This document shows positions 45,953 through 54,743 of a stretch of DNA of 55,365 nucleotides, in pieces. Origin of the DNA: an uncultured delta proteobacterium. Lineage in GTDB: Bacteria; Myxococcota_A; Polyangia; DRWM01; JAAZOP01. The translations under genes and the position numbers were made by a program. A model generated the notes under the pieces. It was not told the DNA's origin. It searched no databases and saw nothing but the letters and a program-made list of their open reading frames with translations. Each line of letters opens with the position of its first letter. Position 1 is the stretch's first letter. The stretch lies in the NCBI GenBank assembly GCA_947085355.1, contig CAMTWF010000046.1, positions 1 to 55,365 on the forward strand, written 5' to 3'.

Positions 45953-46118
45953 GTAACCGTTCACCCTCGCCTGCCATCCCGTGAACGCGCCCGAGCCCGC
46001 GCCCGAGCCCGGTTTCGAGGAGGAGGAAGGCGTGGGCGTAGGCGTCGGCGATCGGGCTCGGGCTCGTTCACGGGTTGGCCCCACAGGGGGTGAACGGTTA
46101 CGGGGGGTGAACGGTTAC
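45953..46118. repeat. ~165-bp nested palindromic element: outer arms GTAACCGTTCAC / GTGAACGGTTAC (x2), inner arms built from CCCGAG units
   Basis: Outer arms are 45953-45964 versus 46090-46101 and 46107-46118. Inner arms are cccgtgaacgcgcccgagcccgcgcccgagcccg (45978-46011) versus cgggctcgggctcgttcacggg (46053-46074). Confidence 0.85.
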
Positions 46119-46135
46119 CGACCTTCGACTCCCCC

Positions 46136-46151
46136 TGGCACGAACCGTGCT
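46136..46151 (+). promoter_or_regulatory. Sigma-54 (-24/-12) promoter candidate upstream of cusCBA
   Basis: TGGCACGAACCGTGCT versus consensus TGGCACG-N4-TTGCW. GG and GC are at the exact spacing, with one mismatch. It lies ~55 nt upstream of the ATG at 46204. Confidence 0.5.
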
Positions 46152-46203
46152 ACTTATCGGCGCTCGGGGCGTGACGGGGAAGGGAGCGGAACGCGGAAGC
46201 GGC

Positions 46204-47595
46204 ATGTCCAGGTTGCCCGGCGGAGTCCCTCGCTTGTTGCCGTTGTGGACGGCGGCGGCGGTTCTGGTGTTGCCGGCGGCCGGTCGTGCCGCGGCGGACA
46301 CGGAGGAGACCGATGCAGCCGGCTCCGTTTCCGACGCCGCCGATCCGGGCGGCCGGGCCGCGGACACCGAAGCCGTCGCCGTCATGACGCTCGCCGAGGT
46401 CCTGCGCGCCGCGCTGCTGCGCGCCTCGATGATCCGCGCGGCCGAGGCCCGCGTGGACATGGCGCGGGCGATGCCGGATCAGGTGTCGGCCTACCCGGTC
46501 CCGGTCGTCGGGATTCGCGCGATGGACTGGCCCGGCACGCCGATGGGCGACTGGGAGATCCAGTACATGGTGAGCCAGATGTTCCCGCTCACGGACGTGC
46601 TCGAACGCCGCAGGGAGGCGGCCGAGGCGGCCGTGGACGCGGTGCGGGCCGAGGCCGCCTCCGTCGAGCTGGACATCGTGCTGGAGATCCGACTCGCCTA
46701 CGTCGAGCTGGCGCGGACGCTGGCCGAACGCGCGGTCATCGACGATCAGGAAAGAACGATGCGCCGGATGGCCGGGATCGCGGCTGCGGCGTACGCCTCG
46801 GGCGCCGGCATGGGCACCGCCGCGGACACGATGCGGGCGCGGGCCGAGATCGCGATGCTGGAGGGCGACCGGCGAATGGCCGAGGCGATGGCGCTGGCGG
46901 CGCGAGCGATGATCGCAGCAGCCGCGGCGCTGGAGCCGCACGAGACCGTCGTGGACCCGGCGCCGATCGACCTGTCGGCCTTCGAGCCGCCGACGCCGGC
47001 GGACACGGAGGACCTTCTGGCGGAATCGCTCGCGAACCGGCCCGAGTTCGCCGCGTTCGACGCGCTGGGCAGACAGGCCGAGGCCGCGGCGCTGGCGGCC
47101 GGGGACGAGCGTGTTCCGGACCTGATGCTCGAGGCCGGGATCCAGCAGCGCATCGGCGGCGACATGCCGCCGGTGGCCTTCATGCTCGGCGCGTCGATCC
47201 CGATCCCGTGGCTCTCGCCCGGCCGGTACCGAGGCATGGAGGCCGAGGCGCGGGCGCAGGCGAGGATGGTCCGCGCCGACGCCGACGCGCTCGGACTGTC
47301 GATCGGCGCCGCGCTGCGCACGCTGGCCGCTTCCCACGACCAGGCGGTCGCCGGCATCGAGGCGAGCCGCGGCGTGATCCGAATCCTGCGCGGCGCCGCA
47401 CGATCCGCCGAGACGGCCTACCTGTCGGGCACGGGCGACTTCGACTCGATACTGAACCTCCAGGCCCGCGTGCTGGAGATACGCAGGCTGCTGGTGCGCT
47501 ACGTGTTCGAGACGTTCGCAATCCGCGCCCGGGTCGATCGCGTCGTCGCCCGCCCGGTCGCCGAACAGATCGCATCCGCGGAGGTCCGGCCATGA
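46204..47595 (+). CDS. cusC: TolC-family outer-membrane factor of a heavy-metal efflux system (CusC/CzcC-like)
   Basis: Signal peptide LLPLWTAAAVLVLPAAGRAAA and a two-repeat alpha-helical OMF architecture. It is the first gene of the OMF-MFP-RND operon. The ATG at 46204 is preferred over 46147. Confidence 0.78.
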   Translation: MSRLPGGVPRLLPLWTAAAVLVLPAAGRAAADTEETDAAGSVSDAADPGGRAADTEAVAVMTLAEVLRAALLRASMIRAAEARVDMARAMPDQVSAYPVPVVGIRAMDWPGTPMGDWEIQYMVSQMFPLTDVLERRREAAEAAVDAVRAEAASVELDIVLEIRLAYVELARTLAERAVIDDQERTMRRMAGIAAAAYASGAGMGTAADTMRARAEIAMLEGDRRMAEAMALAARAMIAAAAALEPHETVVDPAPIDLSAFEPPTPADTEDLLAESLANRPEFAAFDALGRQAEAAALAAGDERVPDLMLEAGIQQRIGGDMPPVAFMLGASIPIPWLSPGRYRGMEAEARAQARMVRADADALGLSIGAALRTLAASHDQAVAGIEASRGVIRILRGAARSAETAYLSGTGDFDSILNLQARVLEIRRLLVRYVFETFAIRARVDRVVARPVAEQIASAEVRP

Positions 47596-49253
47596 CCGAC
47601 AACGACTCCACGCCGAACGCACCGGGAAACGAGGGGACCGCGCCGGAAACGACGCCCGAGCCGGAGCCGACGCCCACGCCCGAGACTGAGACCGCACCGC
47701 CGCCCGAACCCGCGTCCGCGTCCACGTCCACGACCGGCACGACCGTAGCCTCCGGCCTTCCTCCACGGGTCTGGCGGACCCTCGCCGCAGTCCAGTTCGC
47801 GTTGATTCTGGTGGTCGGCGCCGCGGTCGTGGTGATGGGTCTGATGGACTCGGGGCTGTTCGCGAACCACCAGCACCAGGATGACCAGGCCGCGCGCTAC
47901 ATCTGCCCGATGCACCCCGACGTCGTGAAGGACCATCCCGCCGACTGCCCTATCTGCGGAATGGCGCTCGTCAAGGACACGGCGCCCCCCGCGGCGGCCG
48001 CCGACGTGTGGATCTGCCCGATGCACCCGCAGATCCGTCAACACCGTCCCGGCGACTGCCCTATCTGCGGAATGGCGCTCGTCAAGGAAGAGCCCGCTCC
48101 GGCGAGGGGCCCCACCGACCACGCCCCCGGCGGCGCTCCCCCAGGCTTGGCGCCCGTCACGATCCCCGAGACGTTCGTGCAGCGCGGCGGAATCCGCACG
48201 GCACGGGTCGAGGTGACCCGGCTGGCGGACGAGGTGCTGACGGTGGGAAGGGTCGAGGCGGACGAGACGCGGCTGGCGAGGGTCCACTCGCGCGTGATGG
48301 GCTGGATCGCCGCGCTGCACGTCAACCAGGCGGGGCAGCGCGTCGAGGCCGGCCAACCCCTGCTCGACCTGTTCAGCCGGGAGATCCTGCAGACGCAGCA
48401 GGAGCTGGTCGCGCTGTCCGGCCGCGGCGGGCGCCTGCGCCCGGCGGCGATCGGCGACCCCATGGGCGCGCTCGCCGACGCCGCCCGGCAGCGGCTGCTC
48501 GTCTTCGGCGTGCCCAACGACGTCATCGATGAAGTCGTGCGTTCCGGCCGCCCGCGGGTCGCCGTGCCGATCCGCGCGCCGGTGTCCGGCTGGGTGATCG
48601 AGAAGATGGTGGTCGACGGGGCCTTCGTGGAGCCCCAGATGCGGCTCTTCGAGATCGCGGACCTCTCGGTCGTGTGGGTGTGGGCCGACGTCTATGAGAG
48701 GGACATCGCCGGAATGGCGGTCGGGAACGCCGCCGAGGTGACGACGCCGGCGACCGGCGACCGCCGGTTCGACGGTCGGGTGACCTTCCTGGACCCGGTG
48801 GTCGACGAGATGACCCGCGCGCTGCGGGTGCGCATCGAGATCCCGAACCCCGACATGGCCCTGCGCCCCGGCATGTGGGCCTCCGTGCGCATCCTCGGGG
48901 CCGCCGTGGACGCGCCGTCGGTGCCGTACGACGCCGTCGTCGACACCGGGCGCGGCGCCCACGTGTTCGTGCAGACGGGACCGGCCGAATTCGCGCCGCG
49001 ATCGGTGGTCGTGGGGCGGACATCGGGCGGCCGCGTGGAGATCCGGTCCGGCCTGGAGCCCGGAGAGATCGTCGTGGCGTCGGGCACGTTCCTGGTCGAT
49101 TCCGAGAGTCGCCTGCGCGGCTCCGGGGCGGCCGGGGCCCACGAGGGACACGGCGCGGGGGCGACGGGCGAACCCACGACCACGACGGCGCCCACGTCCA
49201 CGTCCACGTCCACGACTGCAAGCGAGGGACACGGGGAAGGGCACGGGCGGTGA
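47592..49253 (+). CDS. cusB: Membrane fusion protein (CusB/CzcB-like) with two N-terminal heavy-metal-binding CPMH...CPICGM modules and a His-rich tail
   Basis: The ATG overlaps the cusC stop (ATGA). Modules are YICPMHPDVVKDHPADCPICGMALV and WICPMHPQIRQHRPGDCPICGMALV. HlyD-type barrel-sandwich core. The C-terminus is HEGHG...EGHGEGHGR. Confidence 0.88.
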   Translation: MTDNDSTPNAPGNEGTAPETTPEPEPTPTPETETAPPPEPASASTSTTGTTVASGLPPRVWRTLAAVQFALILVVGAAVVVMGLMDSGLFANHQHQDDQAARYICPMHPDVVKDHPADCPICGMALVKDTAPPAAAADVWICPMHPQIRQHRPGDCPICGMALVKEEPAPARGPTDHAPGGAPPGLAPVTIPETFVQRGGIRTARVEVTRLADEVLTVGRVEADETRLARVHSRVMGWIAALHVNQAGQRVEAGQPLLDLFSREILQTQQELVALSGRGGRLRPAAIGDPMGALADAARQRLLVFGVPNDVIDEVVRSGRPRVAVPIRAPVSGWVIEKMVVDGAFVEPQMRLFEIADLSVVWVWADVYERDIAGMAVGNAAEVTTPATGDRRFDGRVTFLDPVVDEMTRALRVRIEIPNPDMALRPGMWASVRILGAAVDAPSVPYDAVVDTGRGAHVFVQTGPAEFAPRSVVVGRTSGGRVEIRSGLEPGEIVVASGTFLVDSESRLRGSGAAGAHEGHGAGATGEPTTTTAPTSTSTSTTASEGHGEGHGR

Positions 49254-52200
49254 GCGAGGCGACGACCGGCAGGCGGGACGGGCTGCTCGAGCGGCTCATC
49301 TTGTGGTGCGCGCACAACCGCATCGCGGTGGTGCTGTCGGTCGGCATCGTGGCGCTGGCGGCCGCGGCGTCGCTCCGGTTCTTGGCGCTCGACGCGATTC
49401 CCGACCTGTCGGACACGCAGGTGATCGTGCGGGCCGAATGGATGGGCCGGTCGCCGGACCTGGTGGAGGATCAGGTCACGTACCCGATCGTGTCGGCGCT
49501 GGTGGCGATGCCGCGGGCGAAGGCGGTCCGTGGGTACTCGATGTACGGCATGTCGTTCGTCTACGTCCTGTTCGACGACGGCACCGACATCTACTGGGCG
49601 CGTTCGAGGGTGCTGGAGTACCTCTCGCGGATCCAGGGGAACATGCCCGACGGGGTGAACCCGACGCTGGGGCCCGACGCGACCGGCGTCGGGTGGGTGT
49701 TCCAGTACGCGCTCGTCGACGAGACCGGCAAAATGGATCTCGGCGGGATACGCGCCTTCCAGGACTGGACGCTGCGGTACTGGCTGGAGAGCGTCGAGGG
49801 GGTTGCGGAGGTGGCGTCGGTGGGGGGGTTCCAGCGGCAGTACCAGGTGCTCGTCGACCCGCACCAGGTCCACGCGCGCGGGATGATGCTGCACGACGTC
49901 GCCAAGGCCGTCGGCGGGTCGAACGCCGAGGTCGGCGGGCGCGTGATCGAGCGCGGCGGGCGGGAGATTGCGGTCCGCGGGCGCGGGTACGTCCGCGGCG
50001 TGGAGGACATCGAGGCGGCGGTGGTCGGCACGGACGGCATGGGCACTCCGGTGCTGGTGCGCGACGTGGCGATGGTGCGCGTCGGCCCGGAGATGCGCCG
50101 CGGCGCCGGCGACCTGGACGGCGAGGGCGAGACCGTCGGCGGCATCGTCGTGATGCGCCACGGCGAGAACGCGCTGGCGGTGATCGAACGCGTCAAGAAA
50201 CGGATCGCCGAGGTCGAGAAGGGATTCCCGCCCGGCCTCCGGCTGAAGGTCGTCTACGACAGATCGGACGTCATCCTCGGGAGCATCGACACGCTGAAGG
50301 AGACGATCATCGAGGAGATGCTGGTCGTCTCCGCGGTCATCATCGTCTTCCTCATGCACTTCCGCAGCGCCCTGGTCCCGATCATCGCGCTCCCCGTGGC
50401 CCTCCTGCTCGCCTTCCTCCCCATGGCGCTCCTCGGCATCTCGTCGAACATCATGAGTCTCGGCGGCATCGCGATCTCCATCGGCGCCATGACGGACGTG
50501 TCGATCGTGCTCCTGGACAACGCCCACAAGCGCCTGGAACAGCGTCCGCCCGGGGTGTCGCGCGTCGCCGCGATCGCGGCGGCGGCGGCCGAGGTCGGCC
50601 GGCCGATCTTCTTCGGCCAGCTCATGATCACCGTGTCGTTCCTGCCGGTCTTCACTCTGACCGGCCAGGCCGGGCGGCTCTTCTCGCCGCTGGCCTACAC
50701 CAAGACGTTCGCCCTCTTCTTCTCCGCCATCCTGACCGTCACGCTGGCCCCGGCGCTCGTCGTGTGGTTCGTCCGCGGCCGGATCACGCCCGAGGCCCGC
50801 AACCCGATCAGCCGGGTCCTGATCGCCGGCTACGGGCCGCTCATCCACTTCGTCCTGCGCCACAGGTATGCCGCCGTGCTGGCGGCGATCGGCATCATGG
50901 CCGCAACCGCTCCACTCGTTCCGAGGCTCGGCAGCGAGTTCATGCCGCCGCTGGACGAAGGGTCGCTCATGTACATGCCGACCACCCTGCCGGGCGTCTC
51001 GATCGAGGAGGCCCGCAGGTCGATGATCGAACAGGATCGGATCCTCAAGTCGTTCCCCGAGGTCGTGTCGGTCTACGGCAAGGTCGGCAGGTCCACCACG
51101 TCCACCGACCCCGCGCCGCTCGACATGATCGAGACCGTCATAACGCTCAAGCCGCGAGACCAGTGGCGCAGGGTGAAGGAGGAACGCTGGTACTCGTCGT
51201 GGGCCCCAAACTTCCTCGCCGGGCCGCTCGGCGGGATCTGGCCCGAGGAACGGCCGATCACCACCGAGGAACTCAAGCAGCTCATGTACGACGCGCTGAA
51301 CGTGCCGGGCTGGGTCGACTCGCTCTCCCCGCCGATCAAGACCCGCATCGACATGCTGACGACGGGCGTGCGGACCCCCGTCGGCATCAAGGTGCTCGGA
51401 TCGTCGCTGGAGGAGATCTCCCGCGTGGCCGAGCACCTCGAGGCGATCCTCAAGACGGTCGACGGCACCCGCGGGGTGATCGCCGAGCGCGTATCGAGCG
51501 GCTACTACCTCGACATCGTGCCGAAGCGGGCCGAGATCGCCCGCCACGGGTTGAGCGTCGAGGATGTGCACGCGCTCGTCGAGATGGCGATCGGCGGCAT
51601 GCGGGTCGGGACCACGGTCGAGGGCCGCGGCAGGTTCTCGATCCTGGTCAGGCTGGCGCAGGACTTCCGGTCGGACCCGGCCGCGATCGCCGACATCCCC
51701 GTCGGACGCCCGAATGCCCCGCCGATCCCGCTCGGCCAGATAGCCGACATCCGCGTCACCGACGGCCCGCCGATGATCAAGAGCGAGAACGGATCGCTGG
51801 CGGCCTACGTGTACGTGGACGTCGACGAGACCAGAAGGGACGTCGGCGGCTACGTCGCGGACGCCAAGCGCGCCGTCCGGGAGAACCTCGGCGACCATCC
51901 GGGCATCAGCCTCCTGTGGACCGGACAGTACGAGCTGATGGAGCAGATGTGGGACCGGCTCGCCTACGTCCTGCCGCTGACGTTCGTCCTCATCGTCGCC
52001 TTCGTCTACCTCAGCTTCAAGGGCGTCACGCAGACGGTGCTGAAGCTGGCGTCGCTCCCGTTCGCCGCCGTCGGGGCGATCTGGTTCCTGTACCTGGCCG
52101 ACTACAGGATGTCGACCGCGGTGTTCGTCGGGCTGATCGCGCTCATGGGGCTCGGCGCGGAGACCGGGATGGTGATGATCCAGTACATCGACGACGCCTA

Positions 52201-52729
52201 CTTCCACCGTCGCAAGGCCGGCCTGATGCGCGGCGTGCCGGACATCATGGAGGCCCACGCCGAGGGATCGATCCGACGCGTGCGGCCCAAGCTGATGACG
52301 GTGCTGCCGACGACGATCGGACTCCTGCCGCTGTTGTGGTCCCAAGGGACCGGCGCCGACGTGATGAAGCGCATCGCCGCCCCGATGGTCGGCGGCCTGC
52401 TGTCGTCCACGATCCTGACGCTGGTGATCATCCCGTCGGTGTACACGATCTGGCGCGACCTCGAACTGCGCAACCTGTGGCGCCGCACCGCTTTCATGCT
52501 AGCGTGTCTCGCCGTCGCGGGGGGGCTGGTCGCCCTCGCGTTGCTCTCGCCGTGGTGGCGCGGGAACATCCCGGCCCCCTGGCTTGTTTCGGTCGCCGGC
52601 GCGACCGTGCTGGTCGCCGCCGGCGTTTTTGTGCGCGCGCGCGTCGTCGGCCGCAGGTGGCTCGACGACCCGTTGCGCCTGGATGCGCCGCCGGACGCGT
52701 CGACGGACCCGGCGGCGGCAGGAACGTGA
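49250..52729 (+). CDS. cusA: HME-RND inner-membrane pump, CusA-type (Cu/Ag), with a ~100-aa C-terminal extension
   Basis: Collinear with E. coli CusA (DAIPDLSDTQVIV, GPDATGVGWVFQYALVD). The Met-triad contexts are conserved (LMYMPTT, APLDMIETV, RIDMLTTG). GTG overlaps the cusB stop (GTGA). There are two extra predicted TM helices after the canonical end. Confidence 0.93.
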   Translation: MSEATTGRRDGLLERLILWCAHNRIAVVLSVGIVALAAAASLRFLALDAIPDLSDTQVIVRAEWMGRSPDLVEDQVTYPIVSALVAMPRAKAVRGYSMYGMSFVYVLFDDGTDIYWARSRVLEYLSRIQGNMPDGVNPTLGPDATGVGWVFQYALVDETGKMDLGGIRAFQDWTLRYWLESVEGVAEVASVGGFQRQYQVLVDPHQVHARGMMLHDVAKAVGGSNAEVGGRVIERGGREIAVRGRGYVRGVEDIEAAVVGTDGMGTPVLVRDVAMVRVGPEMRRGAGDLDGEGETVGGIVVMRHGENALAVIERVKKRIAEVEKGFPPGLRLKVVYDRSDVILGSIDTLKETIIEEMLVVSAVIIVFLMHFRSALVPIIALPVALLLAFLPMALLGISSNIMSLGGIAISIGAMTDVSIVLLDNAHKRLEQRPPGVSRVAAIAAAAAEVGRPIFFGQLMITVSFLPVFTLTGQAGRLFSPLAYTKTFALFFSAILTVTLAPALVVWFVRGRITPEARNPISRVLIAGYGPLIHFVLRHRYAAVLAAIGIMAATAPLVPRLGSEFMPPLDEGSLMYMPTTLPGVSIEEARRSMIEQDRILKSFPEVVSVYGKVGRSTTSTDPAPLDMIETVITLKPRDQWRRVKEERWYSSWAPNFLAGPLGGIWPEERPITTEELKQLMYDALNVPGWVDSLSPPIKTRIDMLTTGVRTPVGIKVLGSSLEEISRVAEHLEAILKTVDGTRGVIAERVSSGYYLDIVPKRAEIARHGLSVEDVHALVEMAIGGMRVGTTVEGRGRFSILVRLAQDFRSDPAAIADIPVGRPNAPPIPLGQIADIRVTDGPPMIKSENGSLAAYVYVDVDETRRDVGGYVADAKRAVRENLGDHPGISLLWTGQYELMEQMWDRLAYVLPLTFVLIVAFVYLSFKGVTQTVLKLASLPFAAVGAIWFLYLADYRMSTAVFVGLIALMGLGAETGMVMIQYIDDAYFHRRKAGLMRGVPDIMEAHAEGSIRRVRPKLMTVLPTTIGLLPLLWSQGTGADVMKRIAAPMVGGLLSSTILTLVIIPSVYTIWRDLELRNLWRRTAFMLACLAVAGGLVALALLSPWWRGNIPAPWLVSVAGATVLVAAGVFVRARVVGRRWLDDPLRLDAPPDASTDPAAAGT

Positions 52730-52796
52730 CGGGCCCGGCCCGTCCACAGCGCGTCGCGGACGCGATGCCGTTCCGCGACGGAAAGGAGAAGGGAAG

Positions 52797-53435
52797 ATGA
52801 ACGTTCGAGCAAGAGTGATCGTTGGCGCCATGGCGGCCGTTTTCGCGGCGGGCTCCGCCGCGTGCAAGAAGGCCGAGACGACGCCCCCGCAGACCGGCCA
52901 GGCGGCTCCCGCTCCGACGCTCACGGCCGGCGATCCGGCGACTTGTCCCGGCGGAACGTGCCCGGACGCGGGGACGTTCCGGTGCCCGATGGTCGCCGAG
53001 TGCGCCTATTTCCAGCAGGGGCCGGGGCGCTGCCCGAAGTGCGGCATGTTCCTGGAGCCGGTGCCGGCCGAAGCATCTCCGCAAGGCGGCGCGGGAACGC
53101 CTCCCGCGGCCCAGCCGAGCCCGGCCGCTCCGCTTGCGGCCCAGCCGGCCGTCGCGGCCGCCGAGGTGAAGACGGCCGCCGAATTGGCGCCGGATCGCGT
53201 CGGCCAGACCGCCACTTGTCCGGTCTCCGGCCACCCGTTCACGGTGACGGCCGACACGCCTGCCGTGCAGCATGAAGGACAGATCCGCCTCTTCTGCTGC
53301 CCCCACTGTCCGCCCAAGTTCCTCGCCGACCCCGCGAAGTACCTGTCCGGCGCCCATCGCGAGGGGTGCGGCCGGCCCTGCGACCACGCCGGGCACGGTC
53401 AGGGCGCCCAGGGTCACGCGGGCCACGCACACTAG
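52797..53435 (+). CDS. Metal-binding lipoprotein: heavy-metal-binding (CPM...CPKCGM) module, a YHS-like module and a His-rich tail
   Basis: AAGGAGAAGGG lies upstream of the ATG at 52797. Lipobox AAGSAAC. Motifs are FRCPMVAECAYFQQGPGRCPKCGMFL and CPVSGHPFTV...LFCCPHCPPKFLADPAKYL. The tail is DHAGHGQGAQGHAGHAH. Confidence 0.7.
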   Translation: MNVRARVIVGAMAAVFAAGSAACKKAETTPPQTGQAAPAPTLTAGDPATCPGGTCPDAGTFRCPMVAECAYFQQGPGRCPKCGMFLEPVPAEASPQGGAGTPPAAQPSPAAPLAAQPAVAAAEVKTAAELAPDRVGQTATCPVSGHPFTVTADTPAVQHEGQIRLFCCPHCPPKFLADPAKYLSGAHREGCGRPCDHAGHGQGAQGHAGHAH

Positions 53436-53472
53436 TCGGCCGTTCTCGCGGTGCAGTGAACAGCCGTCCGGC

Positions 53473-54051
53473 TCACGCGCCGTCGGGCGCCCCCTCGATC
53501 CACAGCGTGGCCAGCGGGATCTCGACGGCATCGAACGGCTCCGCCCGCACCTTGTCGTCCGCGCCGAACGTGGCGACGAGCAGCCAGTTGGCGCCGTGCA
53601 GCCGCAGCACATCGAGCGTCCGGGCCACGGGGTCGACGAGCCACGCGTGCGCAACACCGGCACGAGCGTAGATCGGCAGCTTCCGCACCCGGTCGAGACG
53701 CATCGTACGGGGAGACAGGACCTCGCAGACCCAGTCGGGGGCGAGTTCGAGGAACTCGACGTCGGGAAACACCGGCATCCTCTCGCGCTTCCAGCCGGCA
53801 ATGTCGGGGACGAGGACGTCGGGGCCGAGGTGCAGCTCCGGTTCCCCCAAGATCCACCAGCCGCCGGGCCCGCCGGAACCGACGTGGAACGGCCCGAAAA
53901 GATTGCCGATGAGCCCCGCTCCCGCACACGAGTGGCGGGGCGCAGGACGAGGGCTCGCGATCAGTTCGCCATCCACGATCTCGCCTACTACGTGATCAGG
54001 CAACCGGAACAAGTCCTCGTACGTGGCGTGACGCGGGGCCGGGGAACTCAC
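53473..54051 (-). CDS. Uma2-family (DUF820) PD-(D/E)xK-like endonuclease
   Basis: TYEDLFRLPDHVVGEIVDGEL, PDIAGW, APDWVCEVLSP, KLPIYARAGVAHAWLVDP. The GTG at 54051 is preferred; the track ORF extends to 54201. Confidence 0.78.
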   Translation of the reverse strand: MSSPAPRHATYEDLFRLPDHVVGEIVDGELIASPRPAPRHSCAGAGLIGNLFGPFHVGSGGPGGWWILGEPELHLGPDVLVPDIAGWKRERMPVFPDVEFLELAPDWVCEVLSPRTMRLDRVRKLPIYARAGVAHAWLVDPVARTLDVLRLHGANWLLVATFGADDKVRAEPFDAVEIPLATLWIEGAPDGA

Positions 54052-54389
54052 GATCGTATTCGTAGCATGCCCCGCGGAGAGCGACAAGCAGTCGGCAGTC
54101 GGCCGGCGGTGGGAGCTGGTGGTCGTGGCCGTGGGGCGGAGCCTCTGGAGATCCCCATCCGCCTTCGGCGGACCCCGAGGAATGGAGCTTGCGCGGTCCA
54201 AGGATCGCGGTCACTTGCGCGCGAGTTCCTTCGCAGTGCGGCGGCTTGCCTGCCTGCCTGCCGGCAGACAGGCCGCCGCTTTCTTGCGCCGCAGCTTGCT
54301 GCGGCGCCGGGTGCTGCTGTGTCCGATCACTCGAGGGAATGCACCCGATCGCGTCTCGCGGCTTGCCACACCGCCGTTCGAAGGCTAGG

Positions 54390-54743
54390 ATGGTCGCCGT
54401 GCACGGGTACCTGACGGAACAGGCGGTGATCGAGAGACTCCCCGGGGCGTTCCGGACCGCTCTGGGCGATGAACTCGTCCGCCTCAGTCTGTTCGGCTCG
54501 CGCGCCCGTGGCGAGGCGGACCCCGCGAGCGACTTCGATCTCCTGGTCGTCGTGAGACGCCGCGACCCTGCCCTCAAGCAGGCGGTCTGGGCCGTCGTCG
54601 GCGACTATCTGGCCGACCACCGCGTCGACCTGTCGGCCAAGGTGCTCCCGCTCGACGAATTCGACCGGCTCCGGACCAGCGGACTCCCCTTCTGGCAGGC
54701 GTTCGATCGGGACGAGGTTCGGTTGTGGCCTCCGCGGAACTGA
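54390..54743 (+). CDS. Minimal nucleotidyltransferase (MNT/MntA-type antitoxin)
   Basis: Pol-beta-type NTase motif LFGSRARGEADPASDFDLLVV. 117 aa from the ATG at 54390. It is paired with a downstream HEPN gene. Confidence 0.8.
   Translation: MVAVHGYLTEQAVIERLPGAFRTALGDELVRLSLFGSRARGEADPASDFDLLVVVRRRDPALKQAVWAVVGDYLADHRVDLSAKVLPLDEFDRLRTSGLPFWQAFDRDEVRLWPPRN

Noticed and set aside
45981-47591. The 5' 537 codons of the 1090-aa track ORF 45981..49253.
   Set aside because: This part starts inside the nested palindrome and overlaps cusC out of frame with an Arg/Gly-rich translation. The CusB-like protein begins at the ATG at 47592, which overlaps the cusC stop.
54119-54388. The 89-aa plus-strand ORF in the Uma2/MNT spacer.
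   Set aside because: The translation is Arg-rich and spans the two GC hairpins. There is no RBS and third-position bias is weak. It is kept as non-coding.
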